64,000 nt of DNA. Source: Thermoplasmatota archaeon (GTDB taxonomy: Archaea; Thermoplasmatota; JAKEGO01). The position numbers and the translations under genes are program-made. A model generated the notes under the pieces. It did not search any database and was not told where the DNA came from. It saw nothing but the letters and a program-made list of their open reading frames with translations. Positions 21,909 to 31,400 of the stretch are shown in pieces; position 1 is the first letter of the stretch; every line of letters begins with the position of its first letter. The stretch spans positions 96,001 to 160,000 of the forward strand of contig JANQNK010000001.1 in assembly GCA_028279595.1 (NCBI GenBank). The letters are read 5' to 3'.

Positions 21909-24023
21909 TTGGGACAGGTCCGTAGATCTAGCTACCGCCAGCCGCCAACCCCCGAGGGACTCAAGAAGATCGAGGACGGGACGCTCGAGCACTTCGACAT
22001 CGAGATGTTCTCGAACATGAACACCGAGGTCCTCGAGGAGTACCTCGACGAGAAGAACAGGACCTCGGGCTTCGAGAGGAGCAAGTGGAACTGGCCAAAG
22101 ATAGGTCTCGGTCTGGTGATCGGCATGGCCTTCGCCATGATCAACCAGTACGTCGGTCTGAAGATCGGTCTCATCACCGGCGGCGCATGGTACATGGCAT
22201 ACCTCATGGGAATGGCCCTCAAGTGGAGCCCCACCGAGGTCAACATGACCGCGGGGACGGCCACTGGCGCTGACAGGACATGTACAGGCTTCGTCTTCAC
22301 CTACCCGGCGATCTTCCTCTTGGCATACGCCGCTGCGGACAATCCAGTTACCGCGGGCTATCTGAAGCCAGGCGGCGTCGGGACGTTCATATCGGAGGGA
22401 GATATCCCGCCCCTCGCCATCGCCTACATGGCCGCAGTGCTCGGCGCCCTGCTCGGCATCATGTACTTCATCATCTTCAGGCGTATTTGGCTCGTGGAGG
22501 ATCCCCTCCCCATGCCCGGTTTCCAGGCCGCCGTGAAGCTGATGGACATCACCAACGATCTCTCCGCCGGTTCATCGGACGAGGCAAGACGATCGCTCAG
22601 GATAGTAACCATGGTCGGCGGAGGAATGGCTTTCTTCACGTTCCTTCGGGACTTCCCGTTCCATTCGAACGACAATTCCGTACTTTCGGAAGCCTTCCAC
22701 GGGAATCCCCACTATCACAACGGTGAGATCAAGGTGGCGGACGACGCCGACATCTCGAGATACACCCATCTGGGCTATGAACTGACCGGTATCCAGCTCG
22801 CGATCGGCTGGTTCATGAAGTTCAGGACCGCATTCCTGGTCAGCCTCGGGACACTCTTCACATGGTATGTCATCGTGCCCCTGGCTGTCGGGATGGACGT
22901 ACCAGCATACGTGCCCATCGTCCCCGGCTCGAACCCGGCGTCCGAAGGGTTCATAGCACCTGCCTATTTCCCCGATAAACTGGGAACCGTCAACGCAACT
23001 GCCGCTTACTTCGCCTACGGACGCGTCGCAAGGGTCATGGCGATAGGCGCGATCCTCGGAGGCGGTTTCACCGGCCTGCTGAAGATGGCCCCGACCTTCA
23101 AGACCGCGACCGCGGACATCCAGGGCCTCGTCAAGGGCGGCGACGGCGTCGCCAGGAAGGACTTCTCCCCCGGCAAGGGCTGGTACGAGTGGCCCGTCAC
23201 CCACATCCCGATCTATGCGGGCTTCGTGCTGGTTGCGATGACCTTCGTGTTCGTCGCTGGTGGTTTCCCGGTCATGCAATCGGCGGCCTTCAGCATAGTC
23301 CTGGTCATCGTGACGTTCATCCTTGGCGCTATCGCCATCAAGGTTGCCGGAGAGGTCGGGATCACACCGGTCTCTGGAACCAGTTTCATCACCCTGTTGC
23401 TACTGGTCGGTGTATTCACTGCACTCGGCACCGACTCGAAGACCACCGCCATCATGGCGCTGTTCGGCACCACGATATTCGGCACTTCGATCTCACTCTC
23501 CAGCGACATCACCTACGACTTCAAGGTCGGGCTGTACTGCGGTACCAGACCCGCTCACCTGATGCGCGGCGAGATGACCGGGATCGCATTCGGAACGATC
23601 ATCGCGGCCACGTTCGCGACGATATTCTCCAAGGGTCTCGTGGACGGCGACATCGAGCTGGCCGCACCCCAGGCCCACGCCTTCGCGACCTTCACCCAGA
23701 TCGTCATGGGCGGCAAGGTCCAGTGGTCGATATTCGGGCTAGGCATCTGTATCGGCATTTTCATGGAACTGCTGACAGGCATGGGGACCGCGTTCGGACT
23801 CGGAATGTACCTTCCGATCCAGGTCACCCTGCCGTTCCTTGTCGGCGGCGGCGCGAGGGACCTGTGGGAGAAGCACTACCTCGAACCCACTGCAAAGGCC
23901 GAGGGATGGGACGAGAGGAAGAAGACGATGAAGCTCCTGGAGACCTACATGATAGCCACAGGTCTCCTTGTTGGTGAAGCAGTCATGGGAGCCATAATCG
24001 CCGTCTACATGATCGGCCAGTGA
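21909..24023 (+). CDS. OPT/YSL family oligopeptide transporter
   Basis: NQYVGLKIG, PLPMPG, DFKVGLYCG, APQAHAF, FGLGMYLP; many TMs. TTG start after GGAGG. Confidence 0.92.
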   Translation: MGQVRRSSYRQPPTPEGLKKIEDGTLEHFDIEMFSNMNTEVLEEYLDEKNRTSGFERSKWNWPKIGLGLVIGMAFAMINQYVGLKIGLITGGAWYMAYLMGMALKWSPTEVNMTAGTATGADRTCTGFVFTYPAIFLLAYAAADNPVTAGYLKPGGVGTFISEGDIPPLAIAYMAAVLGALLGIMYFIIFRRIWLVEDPLPMPGFQAAVKLMDITNDLSAGSSDEARRSLRIVTMVGGGMAFFTFLRDFPFHSNDNSVLSEAFHGNPHYHNGEIKVADDADISRYTHLGYELTGIQLAIGWFMKFRTAFLVSLGTLFTWYVIVPLAVGMDVPAYVPIVPGSNPASEGFIAPAYFPDKLGTVNATAAYFAYGRVARVMAIGAILGGGFTGLLKMAPTFKTATADIQGLVKGGDGVARKDFSPGKGWYEWPVTHIPIYAGFVLVAMTFVFVAGGFPVMQSAAFSIVLVIVTFILGAIAIKVAGEVGITPVSGTSFITLLLLVGVFTALGTDSKTTAIMALFGTTIFGTSISLSSDITYDFKVGLYCGTRPAHLMRGEMTGIAFGTIIAATFATIFSKGLVDGDIELAAPQAHAFATFTQIVMGGKVQWSIFGLGICIGIFMELLTGMGTAFGLGMYLPIQVTLPFLVGGGARDLWEKHYLEPTAKAEGWDERKKTMKLLETYMIATGLLVGEAVMGAIIAVYMIGQ

Positions 24024-24142
24024 CAGCCCTATCCCGGTCATAGCGTGACCGGTCGATATTCGATAACATGCAGCCTTGCGGCCGTCCCCTGCAGGCGGAA
24101 ACATGATAAAAGACCGGACCTTTCACTTTCCTTGGTGACCCC

Positions 24143-25363
24143 ATGAACGACTCCATTCGGGCAGATTTCCCGTTCCTGCAGAGGGACCCTACTCCGATCT
24201 ATTTCGACAACGCATGCATGACCCTGAAGCCGAGGCAGGTCATCGACGCGCTGATGGAGTACTACAACGACTATCCTGTATGCGGTGGAAGGAGCGTCCA
24301 CGAAGCCGGCATGGAGGTGACCGTCAAGGTCCAGGAGTCGAGGGACACCTTCGCCAGCACCTTCGGTCGCGAACCCCACGAGGTCATCTTCACGAAGAAC
24401 ACCACCGAGGCCATCAACCTCGTCGCCAAGGGGTATCCGTTCGAGAAGGGCGATAGGGTGCTTACGACCGGCTACGAGCACAATTCCAACATCATCCCGT
24501 GGCTCCAGATGTCCCGGTTGAAGGGGATCGAGGTGGTCCCGGTACCTCCTGCGGAGGACCTCACCTTCGACATCGAGCCCTTCGCAGAGGAGATATCGAA
24601 GGGCGCGGCTATGGTCTCGGTCACTCACACATCGAACCTGAACGGTTACACGATCCCCCTGGACGACGTGGTCAAGCTGGCACACGAGAACGATGTCCCG
24701 GTACTGGTGGATGGTGCACAGGGAGCACCCCACAGGCGGGTGGACCTGGGCAAGTGCGACGTCGACCTCTACGCACTGTCCGTCCACAAGATGCTCGGCC
24801 CGACCGGGGTCGGCGTACTCCTCGGAAAGGAGGAATACCTGACACAGCTGGAAGCGCTTTGCCCCGGCGGCGGTACGGTCACCAGCGCCTCCTATTCCGG
24901 CTACGAGCCCGCGGACCTGCCGGACAGGTTAGAGGGCGGACTCCAGGACTACGCTGGCATAATCGCCTCGAAGGCGGCGGTGGACTACCTGATGAAGGTC
25001 GGCCCCGAGACGATAGAGGAGCACGAACGTCTCCTCAACACCAGGGCGACCGAGGGCCTCCTCGATATCGAGGGGATCTCCATCGTCCCGCCGGCGGACC
25101 CTGCTCTCCGCGCCGGGATAATCTCGTTCAACGTCGAGGGCATGAACCCCCACGACATCGCGATACTCCTAGATGACATCGGGAACATCATGATCCGGTC
25201 GGGCCAGCACTGCGTCAACACGTGGTTCGACTCCGTTTCCGACAAGGGGATAACGGGCACTGCCAGGGCCTCGTTCTACGTCTACAATACCGTCGAAGAG
25301 GTCGATATCTTCCTCGAGAACATGCGCGGGATGACGAACTTCATGGGCGGGGAGATCGCCTGA
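24143..25363 (+). CDS. Cysteine desulfurase (SufS-like, class V aminotransferase)
   Basis: IYFDNAC, FTKNTTEAIN, EHNSN, VDGAQ, SVHKMLGPTG, RSGQHC, RASFYVYN. Confidence 0.92.
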   Translation: MNDSIRADFPFLQRDPTPIYFDNACMTLKPRQVIDALMEYYNDYPVCGGRSVHEAGMEVTVKVQESRDTFASTFGREPHEVIFTKNTTEAINLVAKGYPFEKGDRVLTTGYEHNSNIIPWLQMSRLKGIEVVPVPPAEDLTFDIEPFAEEISKGAAMVSVTHTSNLNGYTIPLDDVVKLAHENDVPVLVDGAQGAPHRRVDLGKCDVDLYALSVHKMLGPTGVGVLLGKEEYLTQLEALCPGGGTVTSASYSGYEPADLPDRLEGGLQDYAGIIASKAAVDYLMKVGPETIEEHERLLNTRATEGLLDIEGISIVPPADPALRAGIISFNVEGMNPHDIAILLDDIGNIMIRSGQHCVNTWFDSVSDKGITGTARASFYVYNTVEEVDIFLENMRGMTNFMGGEIA

Positions 25364-25945
25364 TCACTTCTGGTTGAGACGTCCGTTCACTATCGCCGCG
25401 ATCCCGACAGCACCGATGAAGACCATCGCGATTATGAACACGAACAGCAGGCTCAGTTCGTCCTCGGGATCGAACATGAGCTCGACGTCGTGCTCCGACA
25501 TGTCGAGGGTGAACCTCACCGTTCCATTGCTGTACTTGTAATCCGACCAGACCTCTCCGTCGAGATAGGCGCTGAAGACCTCCGGGACACCGACGATGGC
25601 GTATCTGTTGGTGCCGTTCCCCACGAACTCGATCTTCAGACTCCCGATGGCGTCGAGGTATCTGGCCACACCCTGGGCCATTATCTCGGTCAGGTCGGCG
25701 AAGACACCTCCCAGGTAGATGGTGATGTTCGCGACGTTCACTTCCTTGACATAGAGCGTGTTGTTCAGTATGTCGTAGGCTATGACCAAACGGCCCGGCA
25801 TCGACGCGTTCTCCAGGTCCGCAGTGTAGAACATGCTGTCGCCGTCGCTGACCGTGAAGCTCATCCTCACGTCCGCTCCGGAGGCGGCCGGGGCCATTAC
25901 TGGCACGGCAAGGAGCATGACGGCGATCAGCAGGCACGAACGCAT
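25364..25945 (-). CDS. Secreted protein with C-terminal TM anchor
   Basis: Signal peptide MRSCLLIAVMLLAVPVMAPAASG, beta-rich body, C-terminal hydrophobic helix. Confidence 0.65.
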   Translation of the reverse strand: MRSCLLIAVMLLAVPVMAPAASGADVRMSFTVSDGDSMFYTADLENASMPGRLVIAYDILNNTLYVKEVNVANITIYLGGVFADLTEIMAQGVARYLDAIGSLKIEFVGNGTNRYAIVGVPEVFSAYLDGEVWSDYKYSNGTVRFTLDMSEHDVELMFDPEDELSLLFVFIIAMVFIGAVGIAAIVNGRLNQK

Positions 25946-26030
25946 GACCCGATTTCCCCTGAAACGGATATAAGGATTGCGGTCGGAAGTGTTATAAGCG
26001 CGTCCCACATGGGTGCGAACGGTGACAACC

Positions 26031-26660
26031 ATGAGGATCGTGCTTCTGGGCGCCCCTGGCGCCGGCAAGGGAACCGCTGCGAAGATGCTGTCGGACACTC
26101 TGAACGTACCGCACCTGTCAGCGGGCGACCTCCTCCGGGAGAACGTGGCTGGAGGGACCGATCTGGGCATCCAGGCCAAGACCTTCATGGATGCTGGAGG
26201 ACTCGTTCCCGACGACCTCGTCATCGGGATGATGCGCGAGCGTCTTGCCCGTGACGACTGCCAGACCGGATTCATCCTCGACGGTTTCCCGAGGACCCTC
26301 GATCAGGCCGAGGCACTCTCGACGGTCACCGGCATCGATGTGGTCCTCAACATCGTCGTTCCCGAGGACGTGATAGTCAAGCGCCTCTCGGGCCGGCGCG
26401 TGTGCCCGTCCTGCGGCGCGGTGTTCAACGTCGACAACAACCCGCCTCAGACCAACGGGGTCTGCGACAGCTGCGGAGGTGACCTGATCCAGCGCGACGA
26501 CGACCAGCCGGAGACCATAGCCCAGAGGTTCGCGACCTACAGGGAGAAGACCGAACCTCTCATCGCGTTCTACACCAGGGACGACCTCGTCCGCGAGATC
26601 GACAGCAGCGGATCGGTCGAACAAACGAGGGAGAACACGAGGGCCGCCCTTGGTTTGTGA
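26031..26660 (+). CDS. adk: Adenylate kinase (long type, Zn-LID)
   Basis: GAPGAGKGT, GFILDGFPRT, CPSCG...CDSCG, QRDDD. Confidence 0.97.
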   Translation: MRIVLLGAPGAGKGTAAKMLSDTLNVPHLSAGDLLRENVAGGTDLGIQAKTFMDAGGLVPDDLVIGMMRERLARDDCQTGFILDGFPRTLDQAEALSTVTGIDVVLNIVVPEDVIVKRLSGRRVCPSCGAVFNVDNNPPQTNGVCDSCGGDLIQRDDDQPETIAQRFATYREKTEPLIAFYTRDDLVREIDSSGSVEQTRENTRAALGL

Positions 26661-26875
26661 TACAGCCCAGTGGCGAACGCGCTCGCTGACACGTCAATTG
26701 GTCAGCAACGCGTATCGGGAGTGCAGGACGGTCGAACCTCTGTTGGTGCTCCCCACATGTTGTCCGTCAGGACCTTGCCTCACCTGTAACGGTGGGAGTA
26801 CCGACGGTCAGCGATCTGGCTATATAAGCGACGGCAGACCGCAATTATAAATAGATTTCAATCCCTCACTGGGGC

Positions 26876-27601
26876 ATGGGCATCGTGCAGGGCGGGTGGC
26901 GCTTCGCATCGCTGCCGCTGACGTTCGCGGTCCTGACGGGGATATTCGCGAACATCGAGCGGCTCGAGTTCGTTCCGGGTATCGACATGCTCGAGACGTA
27001 CACAGGCTACCTTCCTATCCTCATCTACTGGATCCTCTCCATCGCATTGTTCCTACTCGCTGGATTCATTCTCTTCTCCTTCCGGGACCCCAAGAGGCTC
27101 ATCGGAAAGGGGATAGTCTCCCCGGCCGACGGCAAGGTGAAGTTCGTCCGGACCGAGGGCGGAAAACTCCACATCAGCATCTATCTGGGCGTCACGAATG
27201 TCCATGTCGTTCGTGCACCGATCTACGGTTCCGTGAAGAACCTGCTTCACAGGAAGGGGAAGCATCACCTGGCCTACAAGCCGGAGAGCATGAACAACGA
27301 GCGGTGGGTCCTGACCATGAACACACCGAGCGGCGAGATCGGGGTAGCCATGATCACAGGCGGGTTCGCCCGGCGGGTTATACCCTTCATGCGGATGGGC
27401 GACAAGATCAAGAAGGGCGAGAAGATCGGCTTCATCAGGTTCGGATCGAGGGTCGACCTGCTCCTACCCCAGACGTTCGAGCCGAACGTGGCCCCAGGAT
27501 CGAGGGTCAGGGCGGCCATCGACACCATCGCCGTGGAATCGAAGGACCCCGGCAAGGAGAGCAACTTCGGCGACGCCTGGGTCATGTCGAGGAAGAGGTG
27601 A
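26876..27601 (+). CDS. psd: Archaetidylserine/phosphatidylserine decarboxylase proenzyme
   Basis: FRDP, SPADGKV, HVVRAP, GFIRFGSRVD autocleavage motif. Confidence 0.92.
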   Translation: MGIVQGGWRFASLPLTFAVLTGIFANIERLEFVPGIDMLETYTGYLPILIYWILSIALFLLAGFILFSFRDPKRLIGKGIVSPADGKVKFVRTEGGKLHISIYLGVTNVHVVRAPIYGSVKNLLHRKGKHHLAYKPESMNNERWVLTMNTPSGEIGVAMITGGFARRVIPFMRMGDKIKKGEKIGFIRFGSRVDLLLPQTFEPNVAPGSRVRAAIDTIAVESKDPGKESNFGDAWVMSRKR

Positions 27602-27605
27602 TCCC

Positions 27606-28355
27606 ACGATCGGAAGAAGGGACCTACCTGACATTCTCTCCATCACCAACGGGACCATGGGGGTCTTCGCGATCATGTACGCGATAGACGGGGCCTTCGA
27701 GATCGCCGCGGCCCTCATCCTCGTCGCCATCCTCTTGGACGGACTCGACGGTGCCGTCGCCCGTTGGCTCAACGCAGAGACAACGGTCGGGAAGGAGATC
27801 GATTCTATAGCGGACATGGTCTCCTTCACCATGGCCCCTGCCGTCCTCATCTATGCCTGGCATTACGATCCGTCGGCAGGGTCCAGCCTGCAGCTGGTCC
27901 AGGGATACACATACGGCCGTGCGATCAACCTCCTGACGGTCATCGCCTCAGGGGCCGGGATGCTCCTCGGGATGTACCGCCTGATGCGATTCCGGTCCAC
28001 CGACTACGACCTTCCGTTCTTCAGGGGTGTCCCGACGCCCGCATACGCGTTCTTCGTCGTGACTTCGATCTATCTCATATCACCCATGGCCTTCCTTCCG
28101 GTGGCCACGATGGTCGGACTGCTGATGGTCTCCCACGTCAGGTATTCCAAGGTGCAGGGTCTCCTGGCCGTACCGGCCCTTGCCGGGCTCGCCCTGGCGT
28201 TGGCGGGCATTGCGATGGAAGGGGCCCGGTCGGCACTGATATCCGTCGCTTTCGTGCTGATACTGGTCTACATCGCCTCCCCTCTTGTCGTCACACCGCA
28301 GGACAGGGTGCCCCCTGCAAGGTTCCGGAAATTCTCGGATATGAGCAAAAAGTAG
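27606..28355 (+). CDS. pssA: Archaetidylserine synthase (CDP-alcohol phosphatidyltransferase); probable non-canonical ACG start
   Basis: DGLDGAVAR...GKEIDSIADMVSF, FRGVPTP. Conserved LPDILSITNG lies upstream of the first ATG (27657). Confidence 0.88.
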   Translation, partial: TIGRRDLPDILSITNGTMGVFAIMYAIDGAFEIAAALILVAILLDGLDGAVARWLNAETTVGKEIDSIADMVSFTMAPAVLIYAWHYDPSAGSSLQLVQGYTYGRAINLLTVIASGAGMLLGMYRLMRFRSTDYDLPFFRGVPTPAYAFFVVTSIYLISPMAFLPVATMVGLLMVSHVRYSKVQGLLAVPALAGLALALAGIAMEGARSALISVAFVLILVYIASPLVVTPQDRVPPARFRKFSDMSKK

Positions 28356-28428
28356 TCATCGGTCCACAAAAATCTCCGTGTAATGGCCTATATAGAGTAT
28401 AAATAAAAGAAAAGCCAATTAACGTAGC

Positions 28429-31400
28429 ATGCGCCGCCCGGCACTGGTGCCACTTATCATCTTGCTCGCTCTCATATGCATCGCGTCAGCCGGGGCGACG
28501 GAGATCGAGGGCACGCAGACCGACGCTCTCTTCGGATTCTCCCAGGCGGTCGGCGATTTCAACGGTGACGGAATGGACGACCTTGTCGTCGGAGCTCCCA
28601 ACAACGACAACTCGGGCACCGACCGCGGAGCTGCGTTCATCTTCCTCGGTCCGTTCTCCGGCGACCTGGACACTGGCGATGCCAACGGCTCCTACATCGG
28701 CGAGGAGGAGTACGACAGGGCCGGGTTCGCCCTGGCAGCCGGCGACGTCAACGGGGATGGATACGACGACATCATCGTCGGAAGCCCGGGAAACGACGAC
28801 AACCTTCCGAACTCTGGCCAGGTCTACGTGATCTTCGGCCGAAGGAACTTCACGACCCAGAACTCCCTGTCCGAGGCGAACGGTTCGTTCATCGGCAAGG
28901 ACAACAGCGACCGGATCGGCATGGCACTGGCCTGCGGGGACGTGAACGGCGACCGCTACGACGACGTGATCATCGGGACCCCCCGCGAGGACGGGGACGA
29001 CGGCGCCAACAGCGGTGCGGTCTACATAATCCATGGCAAGTCCGGCAGCTGGAACATGGAGAAGAGCCTCTACAATGCCGACGCATCCTACGTCGGTACC
29101 GCTCTGGGCCAGCGGGTCGGGCTGAACGTCACGTGTGGCGATGTCAACGGCGACGGGATGTCCGATATCCTCATCGGCGCACCCTACCATACCAGGAGCG
29201 AGTTCGAGGAGGGCATGGTCTACATCGCGTTCGGACGGACCTCCAGCTGGAAGCTGAACATCAGGGTAAACACGCTCAACGCATCCTTCCTCGGTGGCAC
29301 TGCCGGGGCCCATCTCGGCTGGTCGCTCTCTGCCGGCTTCGACGCCGACGGCGACGAGCTCGGGGACATACTCATTGGCGCCCCCGGTCTGGACGGCGCG
29401 TACATGTTCCGCGGCCGCCAGGGCTGGGGGCGAAGGATAGAGCCCCATCGCGCAGACATCGAGGTGGAGGGGGACCCGGGGACACGCACCGGATGGAGCG
29501 TAGCAATGGACATCTACGACAGGGACCTCGTCAGGGGCCTGATCGTCGGATCCCCGGGCAACGACACGATCGATCCATCGTTCGCATTCCTTCCCAACGG
29601 GACGGAGGGCGACCTCCCCAACTCGACGATCGTCAACGGGACCTCCGAGTCACTCTACGGCTGGTCGATAGTCAGTGGCGACATGGACCTGGACGGACTG
29701 AAGGACGCCGTGGTCTCGGCGCCCAACGCAACGGGACCTTCGAGCAGGACCGGGGTGGTCGAGATCGTCGAATACGCCATGAACATCCAGCCGTTCATAT
29801 CCGACCTCACGCTTCACAAGAACATCTCGCGACCGAAGGCCTTCTTCCTGAGGATGGACCAGCCTGTGATGATCAACGCCACCGGAGGTTCGGGGGGTCC
29901 GAACCGTGACGTCGTCTGGGCGCGGGTGACCACCACCCTGGACTCGACAGGTATAATGGTCCCCCTCCTGGAGACGGGAGGTTCCACAGGTCATTTCCTC
30001 GGGAACGTGACCCCGGTATACGGCTCCGACGAGGACGCCGCTCGCATCGCGGCCCGGTGGGGGAACTGGCTCTACGTATCCTTCGGAGGACCCGTCAGGG
30101 CGAGGGGCATGCTGAACGTTCCGCCGGCGATAGAGGGCAACGACACCCTGTGGGTCGACGAGGATTCGCCATACGAGTCACGATATACCTACGACGACGG
30201 GAACGCCGACGAGGTCTCGTGGACGATCGACACCAACGCCACCTGGATGATCTGGTCCGAATGGAACCAGACCCTCTGGGGCACGCCTGACAACAGGCAT
30301 GTCGGTTGGTTCAACGTCAACATCAGCATCGATGACGGGAACTTCGGCAACGATACGCGCTCCTTCATCCTGACGGTCAACAACACCCCTCCGGTCATAG
30401 GCAATGCCGATGAGACCACCGCGTACGAGGACATCGCCTACAACGTCACTTATTACGTATCGCCCCCCGAGATCGGGGCCTTCTGGACCTTCACGACCAA
30501 CGCGTCATGGCTCGACTTCGAACAGAACGGCACATATCTCTTCGGCACGCCCAACAACACCGACGTCGGGGTCTACTCGGTCAACATCTCCGTCTACGAC
30601 GGGAACGGAGGGTCAGACCATCGGGAGTTCGATCTGGACGTCCTGAACACCCCGCTGATGATACTGACGACCGACGTCCTGTCGGTCGATCAGGACGAGT
30701 ACTACTACAACGATTACGACAGCACCGACGACCCCGGTCCGGAATGGACCCTATGGACGGATGCGGACTTCCTCGACATCAACACGACCAGCGGCGAGAT
30801 TTTCGGAGTCCCGGACAACTGGGACGTGGGCAACTGGACTGTGAACATCTCCGTCGAGGATATCCACGGCGCCATTGATTTCAGCAACTTCACACTCCAG
30901 GTCTTCAACCTCGCACCCGTGATTAGTCTGCACGACCCGATCATCGCTTTCGAGGACGATGACTTCTCGTACACCCTGAACTTCACGGACAAGGGACCCG
31001 GGACGACCGTGACCATGGTCACGGACGCCGTATGGCTCAGTGACCTTGACCTCACGATCAGCGGCCGCGCTGACGACGACGACGTAGGCGACTACTACTT
31101 CGACCTCACGGTCAACGACACCTGGGGCGCGGCGAGCAGGGTGAACGTCACCCTCAGGGTGCTTAACACCGATCCCGTGGTCCTCGGCACTCCGCCGAAC
31201 AGCACCTACGAGGACTCCCACTACATGTTCAACCTGTCGTCCTCCGATCCGGTGGACTTCTGGACCTACTCAGGTCCATCCTGGCTGAACCTCGACGCCA
31301 ACGGGACCCTGTACGGGATCCCGATCAACGATGACGTCGGGAATCATACCATTACGGTAACGGTATTCGATCGTCATGGCGGTTCCGGCACGCTCCAGTA

